Assembly (NCBI GenBank): GCA_965563795.1
Contig: CBEXJS010000003.1
Location: forward strand, 1 to 51,108
Length of the DNA stretch: 51,108 nucleotides
Reading direction: 5' to 3'
Origin: an uncultured Thermoplasmatales archaeon
GTDB lineage: Archaea > Thermoplasmatota > E2 > UBA202 > JdFR-43
Part shown: positions 17,052-26,909 of the stretch, piece after piece
Position numbering within the stretch: the stretch's first letter is position 1
Layout: every line of letters starts with the position of its first letter
Position numbers and translations under genes: made by a program
The notes under the pieces: model-generated
The model's database searches: none
Told to the model about the DNA's origin: nothing
Seen by the model: only the letters and a program-made list of their open reading frames with translations

Positions 17052-20000
17052 ATGAAGTTGGAGGAAAAAATCGTAGAGGAAATTTATGAAAGAATAAAAA
17101 ACAGACTTTTAGGAAAAACAAATGAATATGATAGGATATTGGATAACAATCCAGATTCCATAATATTTGTGGGTAAGTTGCAATCAAAGGAGACCAGCGA
17201 AAAATATACTCAATATAAGACAATAATAAGCCCTAATTCAATTGGAATGGTTTTTAATCTTGTTGTAAAAAATCCCGACCCAACCATAGATGTAATTGTA
17301 AATTTTTCCATTTACTATAGAGTATATCCTTCATTTGAAGAGCAGAAAAATGCTACAATAAGAGAAGATATAAGAAAAGTTTGGAAAAAAGAAACAATAA
17401 AAACTACTTTTTCTTGTAAAGTAAAGGAAGGATCATATAATTTTAAGGAAGAATTAAAAAATAAAATTAAAGAAGCAATAGAGGGTAAATCTGGAAAACC
17501 ATATTATGAAACAGTTTATAGAGCAAAAGGAAATGCTAATTTTATTCCAGAAAAGCACCTAAAATCTGAAGAAGATTTTATAAAATATTTAAAAAGCAGA
17601 AATGGCAAGATATATGATATACCATACAACATAGATTTAAAGGTAGATATTACAGAATGTAATAACCATGAATTTAACATCAATATTACACTAGTTAATA
17701 ATACATCGAGTAAATCCCATGTCTTTTGTACAACGCTTTTTGATCCAGAAATAAAAATAGAATTAAAAGATAATAAGCTTGAAAGACAAAAACTGGAATT
17801 CATGCACGATGATGAAGGTAAAATATTTGATATTCCTGGAAAAGGTATTAACTGTTCTGTTGAATATGATGAGGAAAGTAACATTATAAAAACAACGGTA
17901 ATACCTACGTACAAACAAAAAAGATTAAAACCGCGTTCATCCGTAGGGAAATGGACTCCTTACTTCAAGGATTTGTCAACCGATCCTCTTCCTATTTTGG
18001 ATGGGATATATTCAGAAATGGAAAACTACTTGAATACACTATCAAAAGAAAAAGTTGCAGATAATGAGTTAGTAAAAGTAATGATGGAGCAATTTGAGGA
18101 TGAAATTAAACGTTTTAGGAAAGGAATAGAATTTTTGCGACGAGATGAGAAGGCATTAATGGCTTTTAAGTTAATGAATAGAGTAATGTTCGAAGCTACG
18201 CGTTCATCTGATGGCCGATGGTATATATTCCAAATAATATTCATTGTATCCAATTTAGATTGTTGTTTATCTCAAGAAGTGGATAAGGTGGAGGTTTTGC
18301 ATGTACCTACAGGAGGAGGAAAAACATGGAGTTATCTAGGGTTAGTTATTTTCTCTATTTTCTATGAGAGATTAAATAAAAAAGACTTTGGTGTAACGGC
18401 ATGGATAAAGTTTCCTCTAAGGATGCTGTCACTACAACAACTTGAGATTATTACAACCTTTATTTCCTATGCAAATAAAATTAAAGAAGAAACAGAATCT
18501 ATTAGAGATAGTGATCCTATCTCCGTCGGTTATCTAGTAGGAGGAAAAAATACCCCAAACACTTACAAACAAGCTAAGGAGTGGAAAGAGGATTTTAAGG
18601 TAGTAACAGACTGTCCATTTTGCAAGGGGAAAATAGAGATAGAATTTGATGATGATAAAGAGAGAGTGTACCATAAATGTACAAAGTGTGGAAAAATATT
18701 ACCCGTAATGGTTATAGATTATGAAATTTATAGATATTTACCCTCTGTCATCGTTTCGACTTTGGATAAAGCTGCTGTCTTAAATTACAATTATCGAGCA
18801 AAAAGTTTATTTGGTGGCCCAATAATAAAATGTGAAAAAAATTATGGTTATTTACCATATGGCCCCAACTGGTGTCTAAAAAGTAGATCAAATCAAAATT
18901 TCTCAGGATGTAAATACTATAAAAATGGAAAATGTACAAAAAATAAAATAAATGGGAAACCTCCTATTTTGTTGATTCAAGATGAACTCCATATGGTAAG
19001 AGAATTTGATGGTTGTCTTGATAGTTACTTAGAAGGCATCATAGAAGAAGTAATAAAGGGTTATGGTGGAGCTGGTCTAAAGGTAATTGCTCCCAGCGCC
19101 ACTGCTGCCGGTGTAGAAAGACAGGTGAAGCACCTATATTATAAGAAAGAGGCCAGAAAATTTCCGTTATTTAAGGAATTTTATTTTGAGGAAAAAGAAG
19201 AAATTCATAGGATTTCAGTAGGTATTTTACCAGTAGGTAGAGCGATAAATTGGGCTACATGGCATATTATAAAGGAAATAGAAAAAACATTGCAACAGAT
19301 GACTAAAGAGGCCAAAGATTTGAAGGATAAAGACAGATACCAAGTTTTGGAAAAATACTATAACATAATACTTGCTTATCATAGGTCCAAAAGAGATGCA
19401 AATGAACTCCAAAGTGGTTTGATGGGAATAATTAATGAAGAATTAAGAAGAGAGGGATTCGAGCCCATCAATATTAGTAAAACAGAAATAATAACAGGTG
19501 AGAAAAGCTTGGGGGAATTGAGAAAATTAATGGAAAGAATCGTCACTAACGATAGGAGTAAAAGGATAAAATTAATCGGATCAACTCTTATAATTTCACA
19601 CGGCATCGATTTTGATGAGTTAAACTTAATGGTATTTAGAAGCATGCCTAAAAGCGTATCAGAATACGAACAAGCAAGGAGTAGAGTTGGTAGAAAATTC
19701 CCTTCTCTTATATTCATAATATATCATGGCAATTTAGCAAGAGATCAAAGTTTTTACAAGTACTTCATCCCCTTCCATGGAAATGTCAATAAATATGTTG
19801 AGAATATCCCCTTAAATAGATGGGCATCTAAATCAGTGGATTTGATGGCTCCTTCCGCAATTTTATCCGTTATTCATTCTTATTTCATTGATAACAAAAA
19901 TTTAAACATGAGTTTCATGGAATGTAGAGAATTAGTGAGGGCGATAAAATCCAAAAAATTAACTAAGAATGAAATAATAGAGAAAGCTAGCGAATATTTG

Positions 20001-20324
20001 TATTTAAATTCAGCACCCCGTGCTTACCAAGAAAAGTTTAAAGAGGATGTTGAGCATTGGCTACAACTCCTGTTAGACTCGTGTCATTCCAAATCCCCAC
20101 GAAATCAATTAGCCGAGATATATAAAAAAGAGGATAGGCCTGTTTACAGCCTTAGAACCATTGAAAAGGAAGTCTCATTCTATCCTACCCCTGAAACCCA
20201 TAGTATAGAGCCCGAAATTACCAAATCTGTAAATGTTGAACCTTCTCCTGAATATAGATACACGTCAACTGATGAAGAGCTAGAGGGTATTTACGTGGAT
20301 ACTGAAGAGGAGGTGAATGCATGA
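17052..20324 (+). CDS. drmA: DISARM DrmA-like SF2 helicase
   Basis: PTGGGKT, PLRMLSLQQ, IQDELH, SAT, ISHGID, EYEQARSRVGR; CxxC..CxxC insertions. Confidence 0.85.
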   Translation: MKLEEKIVEEIYERIKNRLLGKTNEYDRILDNNPDSIIFVGKLQSKETSEKYTQYKTIISPNSIGMVFNLVVKNPDPTIDVIVNFSIYYRVYPSFEEQKNATIREDIRKVWKKETIKTTFSCKVKEGSYNFKEELKNKIKEAIEGKSGKPYYETVYRAKGNANFIPEKHLKSEEDFIKYLKSRNGKIYDIPYNIDLKVDITECNNHEFNINITLVNNTSSKSHVFCTTLFDPEIKIELKDNKLERQKLEFMHDDEGKIFDIPGKGINCSVEYDEESNIIKTTVIPTYKQKRLKPRSSVGKWTPYFKDLSTDPLPILDGIYSEMENYLNTLSKEKVADNELVKVMMEQFEDEIKRFRKGIEFLRRDEKALMAFKLMNRVMFEATRSSDGRWYIFQIIFIVSNLDCCLSQEVDKVEVLHVPTGGGKTWSYLGLVIFSIFYERLNKKDFGVTAWIKFPLRMLSLQQLEIITTFISYANKIKEETESIRDSDPISVGYLVGGKNTPNTYKQAKEWKEDFKVVTDCPFCKGKIEIEFDDDKERVYHKCTKCGKILPVMVIDYEIYRYLPSVIVSTLDKAAVLNYNYRAKSLFGGPIIKCEKNYGYLPYGPNWCLKSRSNQNFSGCKYYKNGKCTKNKINGKPPILLIQDELHMVREFDGCLDSYLEGIIEEVIKGYGGAGLKVIAPSATAAGVERQVKHLYYKKEARKFPLFKEFYFEEKEEIHRISVGILPVGRAINWATWHIIKEIEKTLQQMTKEAKDLKDKDRYQVLEKYYNIILAYHRSKRDANELQSGLMGIINEELRREGFEPINISKTEIITGEKSLGELRKLMERIVTNDRSKRIKLIGSTLIISHGIDFDELNLMVFRSMPKSVSEYEQARSRVGRKFPSLIFIIYHGNLARDQSFYKYFIPFHGNVNKYVENIPLNRWASKSVDLMAPSAILSVIHSYFIDNKNLNMSFMECRELVRAIKSKKLTKNEIIEKASEYLYLNSAPRAYQEKFKEDVEHWLQLLLDSCHSKSPRNQLAEIYKKEDRPVYSLRTIEKEVSFYPTPETHSIEPEITKSVNVEPSPEYRYTSTDEELEGIYVDTEEEVNA

Positions 20325-21880
20325 AAAGAAGCATAACTGGTGCTATGTTTTACTATCATGAGGGTGCTTATTTCACTACAGCAAAAAATTATCGGGCTAG
20401 GGTTAAAAAGTGGGAAGAACGCCCATTGAGAATAGAAAACGAGGAGTCTGTAAAGAAAAAATTTCTTAGAGAAATAGAAAGAGTGACTAAGACAAAAATA
20501 AAAATGGATGGTTTAGTGTTTATAGAGCCGTACAAAATAGAATATGAAATTAGTCCTTTGTTTTTTTATTGTTCAAATAATGATTGTGGGTGGAATATAA
20601 AATTTGATAATGTTGAACAATTAACAAAATATATTGAAAAGGAAAAGAATTTTAGATGCAAGAGGTGCGGTAGTTCATTAATCCAGTCTGGACATGTTTT
20701 TGCATGTACCTGTGGAAATATTCAAGACATGGATGAGAAATACTGTAGTGGAAAAAATAAGACCCATACAAAACAGAAAATGGATTTTATACGTCCCTCG
20801 ATATATGAAGTATATACTTGGAAGTATAAATGTCGTATATGTGGTAGAGAAATATGGCCTATAATAAAGAAATGTGAAAATTGTGGAGAAAAAATGGACT
20901 TGAAACCCACCGAGGCTAGTGGATTAACAACTCCTTTAAGTTTTACTACACCTGCTTTTGAGACGCCTAATTATAAGTGGATTGCTAAATATTTAGAAAT
21001 TAAATTATCCGATGAGGAAAAACAATTTTTAATTAAACATAAAGACAAGGTAGATGAAAATAAATATTTCAAAAACAAGATCGAAGAATTTTTAAGGAAC
21101 GATTTTAAAGAGTATGAATATATTTTAGAACGATTATCAGACTATGCCGCCATTAATGAGGGTATAAAATATCCTCCAAAAACTTATCCAGATTTAGGTA
21201 TCAAATTCTATAAAACGGATAGAATAAATTTAGTTAAAGGAGTGTATGCGTATATTGTGAATGCCATTAAACCTTCTTCTAAGACAAGTTTTAACTTTTT
21301 TATTCATAGTGGAAAATACAATGTGTTGGCTAATAAAATAGAAAACACTGAAGGGATATTATTAGAATTTGATAGAAGCAAAATAATAGAATGGATGGAA
21401 GAAAATAATTTCCTTCAATTTTTACCCAGTAAAAAAGATTTGAAAAAATGGTTTATTGAAATGGGGATGGAGGGAAGCATCAATAAAAAACTGCCAAATG
21501 ATATCACAAATAAAATAATAACGCTTATCCATACAATTTCACATGGTTTCATCGTGAGTATGCCCACTATAAGTGGCGTGAGTATAGACTCTGTTAGTGA
21601 ACTATTGTTTCCAGAGATACCTGCTGTATTGCTTTATACTACATATACAACCTCAATTGGTCATTTGGAGAGTTTATTTGATAACATGATGGACGAATGG
21701 ATAGCAAAAACAAAAGACGATACTCTAAAAAATTGTGTACATGATCCCATATGTCTAAAGGAGGACCATGCATGTGCAGGATGTATAATGATAAGTGAGG
21801 TAGTTTGTAGTAAATTTAACGAATTTCTAGACAGGAGATACGTAATAGGCGATGAGGATATAAAGGGGTTTTGGGAATGA
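20321..21880 (+). CDS. drmB: DISARM DrmB-like DUF1998 protein
   Basis: HTISH, C-terminal CVHDPIC..ACAGC..EVVC..FNEFLDR; ATGA-coupled to the helicase. Confidence 0.85.
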   Translation: MKRSITGAMFYYHEGAYFTTAKNYRARVKKWEERPLRIENEESVKKKFLREIERVTKTKIKMDGLVFIEPYKIEYEISPLFFYCSNNDCGWNIKFDNVEQLTKYIEKEKNFRCKRCGSSLIQSGHVFACTCGNIQDMDEKYCSGKNKTHTKQKMDFIRPSIYEVYTWKYKCRICGREIWPIIKKCENCGEKMDLKPTEASGLTTPLSFTTPAFETPNYKWIAKYLEIKLSDEEKQFLIKHKDKVDENKYFKNKIEEFLRNDFKEYEYILERLSDYAAINEGIKYPPKTYPDLGIKFYKTDRINLVKGVYAYIVNAIKPSSKTSFNFFIHSGKYNVLANKIENTEGILLEFDRSKIIEWMEENNFLQFLPSKKDLKKWFIEMGMEGSINKKLPNDITNKIITLIHTISHGFIVSMPTISGVSIDSVSELLFPEIPAVLLYTTYTTSIGHLESLFDNMMDEWIAKTKDDTLKNCVHDPICLKEDHACAGCIMISEVVCSKFNEFLDRRYVIGDEDIKGFWE

Positions 21881-22722
21881 AAGAGTTAACTCCAGAACTA
21901 ATTAACAAAGAGATAGTGCCTGCGATAAAGGAGTTATTTCAAACCAGAAAATATCTCAACGGATCCTCTATTATACAAGTATTTATCAAAAAACTCAATC
22001 TCCCTCATGATATAGCTGAAGAAGCTCTAAGATTATTGATCGGAGAGAAAGTTTTATTAAATGTGAAACAACCAAAGGATTTATACAGTGATTATTTTAA
22101 ATTAAATTACGAAATAATTGATAGTTATATTTATACTCCAAGTCCTGAGGAAGAACAAGAATCCGAAATAATTAAAAGCGGAATAAAAAGTCTTTCTACC
22201 TATAAGGAAGAGGTTTATCCAGTCTTTGAGTTACCTCCTCATATAATTAGACAGTTAAATGTTGATTTTATCAGGCAGAAAGAATTATTTAGAAATTTGA
22301 TATCAGGAGCGAAAAAAGAAATAAAAATAACATCTCCGTTTATGGATGAAACTGGATTAGCAAACTACATTTATGAATTAATTGAAAAATGCAAAAATGG
22401 AGTGAAAATTAAGATATTGACTCGCAATGACGAGAGTAGAAAAAGAGTTATAAACCTGTTAAAATCAACGTTATCAAAAATAAACCCAGATTTAGTTGAA
22501 ATAAGATCTTACCACGAAACAGATGAGTTCGGTGTAACAGAATCTATTCATTCAAAAATGATAATTGTTGATGACATTGAGGTATATATTGGAAGCGGAG
22601 AGATAAGAAAGAACAGTATTTTTGGGGTATTGTGCGAAGCAGGTATTTATATTAAAGGCCCTATTGCAAAAATATACTCAAAGTTTTTTGATGTCATATG
22701 GGGTGAGAGCCATCCAGTCTAG
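21871..22722 (+). CDS. drmC: DISARM DrmC-like phospholipase D family nuclease
   Basis: ITSPF, single HKD motif HSKMIIVDD, YIGS..., EAGI. Confidence 0.82.
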   Translation: MGMKELTPELINKEIVPAIKELFQTRKYLNGSSIIQVFIKKLNLPHDIAEEALRLLIGEKVLLNVKQPKDLYSDYFKLNYEIIDSYIYTPSPEEEQESEIIKSGIKSLSTYKEEVYPVFELPPHIIRQLNVDFIRQKELFRNLISGAKKEIKITSPFMDETGLANYIYELIEKCKNGVKIKILTRNDESRKRVINLLKSTLSKINPDLVEIRSYHETDEFGVTESIHSKMIIVDDIEVYIGSGEIRKNSIFGVLCEAGIYIKGPIAKIYSKFFDVIWGESHPV

Positions 22723-24925
22723 ACAACTTAGATGTTATCTTCCAAAAGACATTGCGATACGTTATAAAGATGGTGGGGGAAAAGAAAGAGAACTTAAACC
22801 CGGAAAAATATTTGAGATTTATTGCAGAGTGATTAATTACTATGCTTCAAAACGAAGAAATCTGCTTATTTTCTTTCCCATCGAAAATTTTTACTATATA
22901 CCTTTATTTGCTCTATCATTGTACTATTTTTATTTAGAGAGGAAAAATGTGGGACAATCGCAAATCTTGGTAATTTCGGGCAAATATAAACATCTGGAAA
23001 AATTATACCAAAACATATTCCACACATCAAGTAAACATTATGTCAAGTATTTTGCAAATATTAAATTTACCTGTCGGTTACCCATTGTAAATGGAAACTA
23101 TAATGCTATAGTCATAGATACGGCAAATTTTTCATCGTTACAACTTAGAAAGATTCTTGAATATTGCCAAGATATAGACAAATTTTTATTGTTTGTATCT
23201 TCATTTTTTGATATAAATTTATACCAGTTTGTAAGGGAAAAATTAGATATTGGTTTCTTTGCTATTAATCCGAATGTGATAAGAGAGTATATCAAGGAAA
23301 ACGAGAGAGAATTGTTGATCATAGATAATAATATACTAGATGTCCCAATTGATGTTTTCATAAAAAATTTTTATGAGAAGATAAAAATAGAGTTTGTAAA
23401 TGATGAATCTATAAATAATTTATTGACAAGATGTTGGAAAAACTATTACTACATTCTGGATAAATATAAGGGTGATAAAAGAATTTATAAGTTTATAATG
23501 TTTTATCGGTTTACCTTGCGATATCTTTCCCAAGTTTATTTGCCCTCGAGTTTACTAGAAAAATATTCATCGTTTTACTCTAACATAAAATCACCGGACA
23601 AACTAATTGAACAGTTATTAAGGATATCTAGCGAATTGGATGAAAATATTCTCGAGTCTTCTGCACTCGATATAAAAAGATTGGCTGAATTGATTGAAGC
23701 TGGAAAAAAGAGAGTTTTTGAAAAAATAATTAAACAACTTGCTAAAACTGGAAGAAAGGTTCTTATAGTGGTTCATTCACTAAATGAAGGAAAAGCAGTT
23801 AAAGAATTGTTATGTACTCTTTTTGGTTGCGACGAAAAAGAAATCAAAAAATATGGTATAGAAGTTCATATAATGAGAGCGATTTTCAATATCAACAACA
23901 TCTACGATTGGGTTATATTCCCTACCCCAACATATCATTATAAATCTTTTTCATTAATATCATCGCCTCTTATAAAAAATGTTATTTTCTTGGCTTACCC
24001 TATAGAATATAAGTATTACCTAAAATTTATTGAATCTTTAGATAAAGAATGGAAAAAATACACCATAGAGGAATCACTCAGACCTTTTATCGATAATAAG
24101 CATCTAGAAAAGCTGAAGAAACATCACATAACAATAAAAACCTTCAGCAGAAATGAAGATATTAAAAAAATATATGAAACATGGGATGATATAATAAAAG
24201 AAATTTTATCTGAGGATGAGGAACCACTAATTAACTTAGAAAACGATTACAGAAAAGTTGTTGTTCCGCTTGGTATTAAACAGTATTTAGTAAAGTTTGA
24301 GAATGGTGTAGAGTTAGTTTATGATGAGAATGAGCGAATCGATGTAATTGATGAAAACTACAAGATTAAAACAAAACATGCATCAGAGATAAAACCCGGT
24401 GATTTGGTCATTATTTATGATCAAGAGTTCCGTAAAAATCGTTATGAATCACTCATAGAAAAATTGAAAGAGGAACCAAAATATAAGAGACATTTAATAA
24501 ACATAGATATCTGGAAAAGAAGAGTTGCGGAGCTTTTGGAAGATAAAAATCTTGCAGAAGTTTTGACTAAAATGAAAAAGAAAGGTAGTAGACTACAACA
24601 TCCCTCAACTTTATATGCATGGAAAATGGGATATGTAATAGGGCCAAGAGATCCAAAAGACATCCAAAGAATTGCTGAACTGTTTAATGATGAAGTATTA
24701 AAAACATTATGGAAAGACATCGCTATCTCTATTAAAAGAATACGTGGATTTAATATAGAGGCTGGAAAAATCTTATCTCGTACAATAAAAGAAATATCGG
24801 AGGGAATTTTTATGACCCAACCTCAAATACAAAAAGAGGATGTATTAGGTATTACGGTAGCCGAAATAGCCCAAAATATTGATATTTTGAGAGTAATAAG
24901 TAAGGAAATAATAAAAGAAGAATAG
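22691..24925 (+). CDS. DrmE-like large accessory protein (start uncertain: 22622/22691/22703)
   Basis: About 750 aa, overlaps drmC, no intact Walker motifs; C-terminal IKPGD..W..W..IGP.D..I.RIA pattern recalled from DrmE-family proteins. Confidence 0.6.
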   Translation: MSYGVRAIQSRQLRCYLPKDIAIRYKDGGGKERELKPGKIFEIYCRVINYYASKRRNLLIFFPIENFYYIPLFALSLYYFYLERKNVGQSQILVISGKYKHLEKLYQNIFHTSSKHYVKYFANIKFTCRLPIVNGNYNAIVIDTANFSSLQLRKILEYCQDIDKFLLFVSSFFDINLYQFVREKLDIGFFAINPNVIREYIKENERELLIIDNNILDVPIDVFIKNFYEKIKIEFVNDESINNLLTRCWKNYYYILDKYKGDKRIYKFIMFYRFTLRYLSQVYLPSSLLEKYSSFYSNIKSPDKLIEQLLRISSELDENILESSALDIKRLAELIEAGKKRVFEKIIKQLAKTGRKVLIVVHSLNEGKAVKELLCTLFGCDEKEIKKYGIEVHIMRAIFNINNIYDWVIFPTPTYHYKSFSLISSPLIKNVIFLAYPIEYKYYLKFIESLDKEWKKYTIEESLRPFIDNKHLEKLKKHHITIKTFSRNEDIKKIYETWDDIIKEILSEDEEPLINLENDYRKVVVPLGIKQYLVKFENGVELVYDENERIDVIDENYKIKTKHASEIKPGDLVIIYDQEFRKNRYESLIEKLKEEPKYKRHLINIDIWKRRVAELLEDKNLAEVLTKMKKKGSRLQHPSTLYAWKMGYVIGPRDPKDIQRIAELFNDEVLKTLWKDIAISIKRIRGFNIEAGKILSRTIKEISEGIFMTQPQIQKEDVLGITVAEIAQNIDILRVISKEIIKEE

Positions 24926-25002
24926 AGATTTTTAATAATAAATTTTAAAAATTAAATCTTGTAAATAATGCCTAATGATGCCTATAAGTTAAGTATGGAG
25001 AT

Positions 25003-25540
25003 TCATTGATTATTAAAATAATACCACATATATATCAATAAGATTAATATTATTATATCAAATATAGCAAAAAAGCCGTAAATTAGGGCAACTCTTTTTA
25101 ATATTGTATTATGTTTGCCACAAAATACTTTTAAATAGTCCTTAACAAAATCTTCACTTGACTCGTACTTAGAGCCTTCCGAATACCACTCTGGATAAAG
25201 TATACTCTCATCTTTTTTTAAACACGTTTTTATTTACTCTTTTTAAATCTAATTCATCAATTTTTATTTTACATGTAAGATTTCTTACCAAAAATCTAAA
25301 ACTATATCTTGCTATTATAAATCCAATAATGCAAAGCGCTAAAATACATATTGGGATTATAAAGATTGGGATATAATTACCAGATTCTTTGCTTATCCAT
25401 GTTATTAGCCCTGATTGAACAGTTAATAAACCAATAATCAGCGAGACGATAAATTTTACATTACTCCAGATGAAATCGTGAGCTTTTGTAATTTGATCTT
25501 GAAACTGTTGTCTTAATATTAATAAATTATCAGTGTCCAT
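25003..25540 (-). pseudogene. Three-TM membrane protein, frameshifted at an A7 run (25213-25219)
   Basis: Removing one A extends the 110-aa ORF through DESILYPEW..EDFVKDYL..IYGFFAIFDIIILILLIYMWYYFNNQ to TGA at 25003. Confidence 0.6.
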
Positions 25541-26072
25541 AATAAAAAATTATTTTTGGTATAAATTGTTATCGTCATTCCCGAGTACAGATATTTTACT
25601 CTTTTTCTTTCTATTTATTTCCACTACTCAATATTCTTTTTGCAGTTTCTCCATTCTTTATAGCAGCATAAAGAAATGCCTTCATTATTGGAATTATTCA
25701 AAAGCCTATTTATAGGTTCTCAATAAATTATCGAATTCATGGAAAGTACCCCAAAAGCAATAACATTGAGAGGGATGGGGGTAACATAACAGTCATCCTC
25801 ACATAATTACTCACATGATTATTATTTATTATTATATTTATTATTAGACAAATGTTAGACAAAAAATAAAAAAAATAGTAGATAGTTAAGGTAGGTGAAG
25901 AAGTTGTAAATAAACGTAATTAAAAAATGAAGAGAAAGTGCAACAAGAAATAGAAAGGCAGAAAGTCTTTGCTGGAAATGTGTTGAGAAAGCAATGAGTA
26001 TGAAAAACAGGAGAAAAATTGTTTCCGGAATTTAAAGAAAAGAGGAGGATCAGAAATTAATTCTATTACCAC

Positions 26073-26321
26073 TCATATCTTTCCGAGCATTTCTATAAGT
26101 TTTTCCTTGGAAATGTTATTCCATATAGAAACCTTGGATAAAATATCATTTAATGTTCCTTTTGCCATTTCGGGATGTTTTGGAACGGTAATATTATGTT
26201 CTCCAGCTTCTGTAATTTTTCTCAATCTAACATGGCTTCCTTTCTGCCTTATTATTTCATAACCCAGCTTTCTCAATAATTTTATTACCTGCTCCCCACT
26301 CACCACAGGAAGCTTAGGCAA
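26073..26321 (-). CDS. hicA: HicA-family mRNA interferase toxin
   Basis: LRKLGY..RQKGSH..ITVPKH..GTL..IL. Confidence 0.92.
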   Translation of the reverse strand: MPKLPVVSGEQVIKLLRKLGYEIIRQKGSHVRLRKITEAGEHNITVPKHPEMAKGTLNDILSKVSIWNNISKEKLIEMLGKI

Positions 26322-26523
26322 CAGAATGCACCTCTGTTTCTGAAATAGATAAAATCTTTACCTCCTCCCCCTTCTTCAACAATTCCTCAAAATGAACTTC
26401 AACAGCTTCCTTTATGTTATCCATAAGTTCATCAAGTGTTTTGCCTTGCGTAAAAATATCCACACCTATACCCCGAGCACACCAGTATTTGCCATCGTTG
26501 TATATTTCAAATTTTACCAACAT
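26314..26523 (-). CDS. hicB: HicB-family antitoxin (short, no DNA-binding domain)
   Basis: TQGKTLDEL..NIKEA; overlaps the hicA start. Confidence 0.9.
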   Translation of the reverse strand: MLVKFEIYNDGKYWCARGIGVDIFTQGKTLDELMDNIKEAVEVHFEELLKKGEEVKILSISETEVHSVA

Positions 26524-26740
26524 GTGATTTTAAGCATCAATGCTTATTTAAGCTTTCTTCTCTTTTTGTGTAATGATGGTAAGCTAAAACCAAAATTCAA
26601 AAAGTTTTAAAAGTAAAATTATGCAATTTTTCGTTAAATTATGCATTATATAGAATGTGGGGGGATGGGGGGAGCTATAGCAAGAGGAAGCTATAGCAAT
26701 AAATAATATTATTATAATAGGCTAAAATTTTCCGATTTTC

Positions 26741-26866
26741 TTTACCATTTACCGCTAAAAATTTACCGAATTTACCGTTAAATTTACTCTAATTCACCTA
26801 CTGAATTTTTTTAATGAAAAAAATTTTACTAAAAATTACAATAATTTCCACAAAAATTTACCGCTA
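26741..26866 (+). repeat. Cluster of short TTTAC(C) direct repeats
   Basis: TTTACC at 26741, 26748, 26762, 26771 and 26857, with variants at 26783, 26793 and 26826. Confidence 0.7.
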
Positions 26867-26867
26867 C

Positions 26868-26900
26868 AAAAGAAAAATAGACTAGTCTATTTTTTCTTTT
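26868..26900. other. Long palindrome (terminator or protein-binding/origin hairpin)
   Basis: AAAAATAGACTAGTCTATTTTT is a perfect 22-bp palindrome (26873-26894) that extends to 33 bp with one bulge; lies just past the 26910 stop. Confidence 0.65.
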
Positions 26901-26909
26901 CCAGTATAA

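Noticed and set aside
17052-22722. Dpd, Druantia or Dnd-Pbe system
   Set aside because: No DpdA/TGT or DndD/E genes; the separate helicase, DUF1998 and PLD genes and their motifs fit drmABC better.
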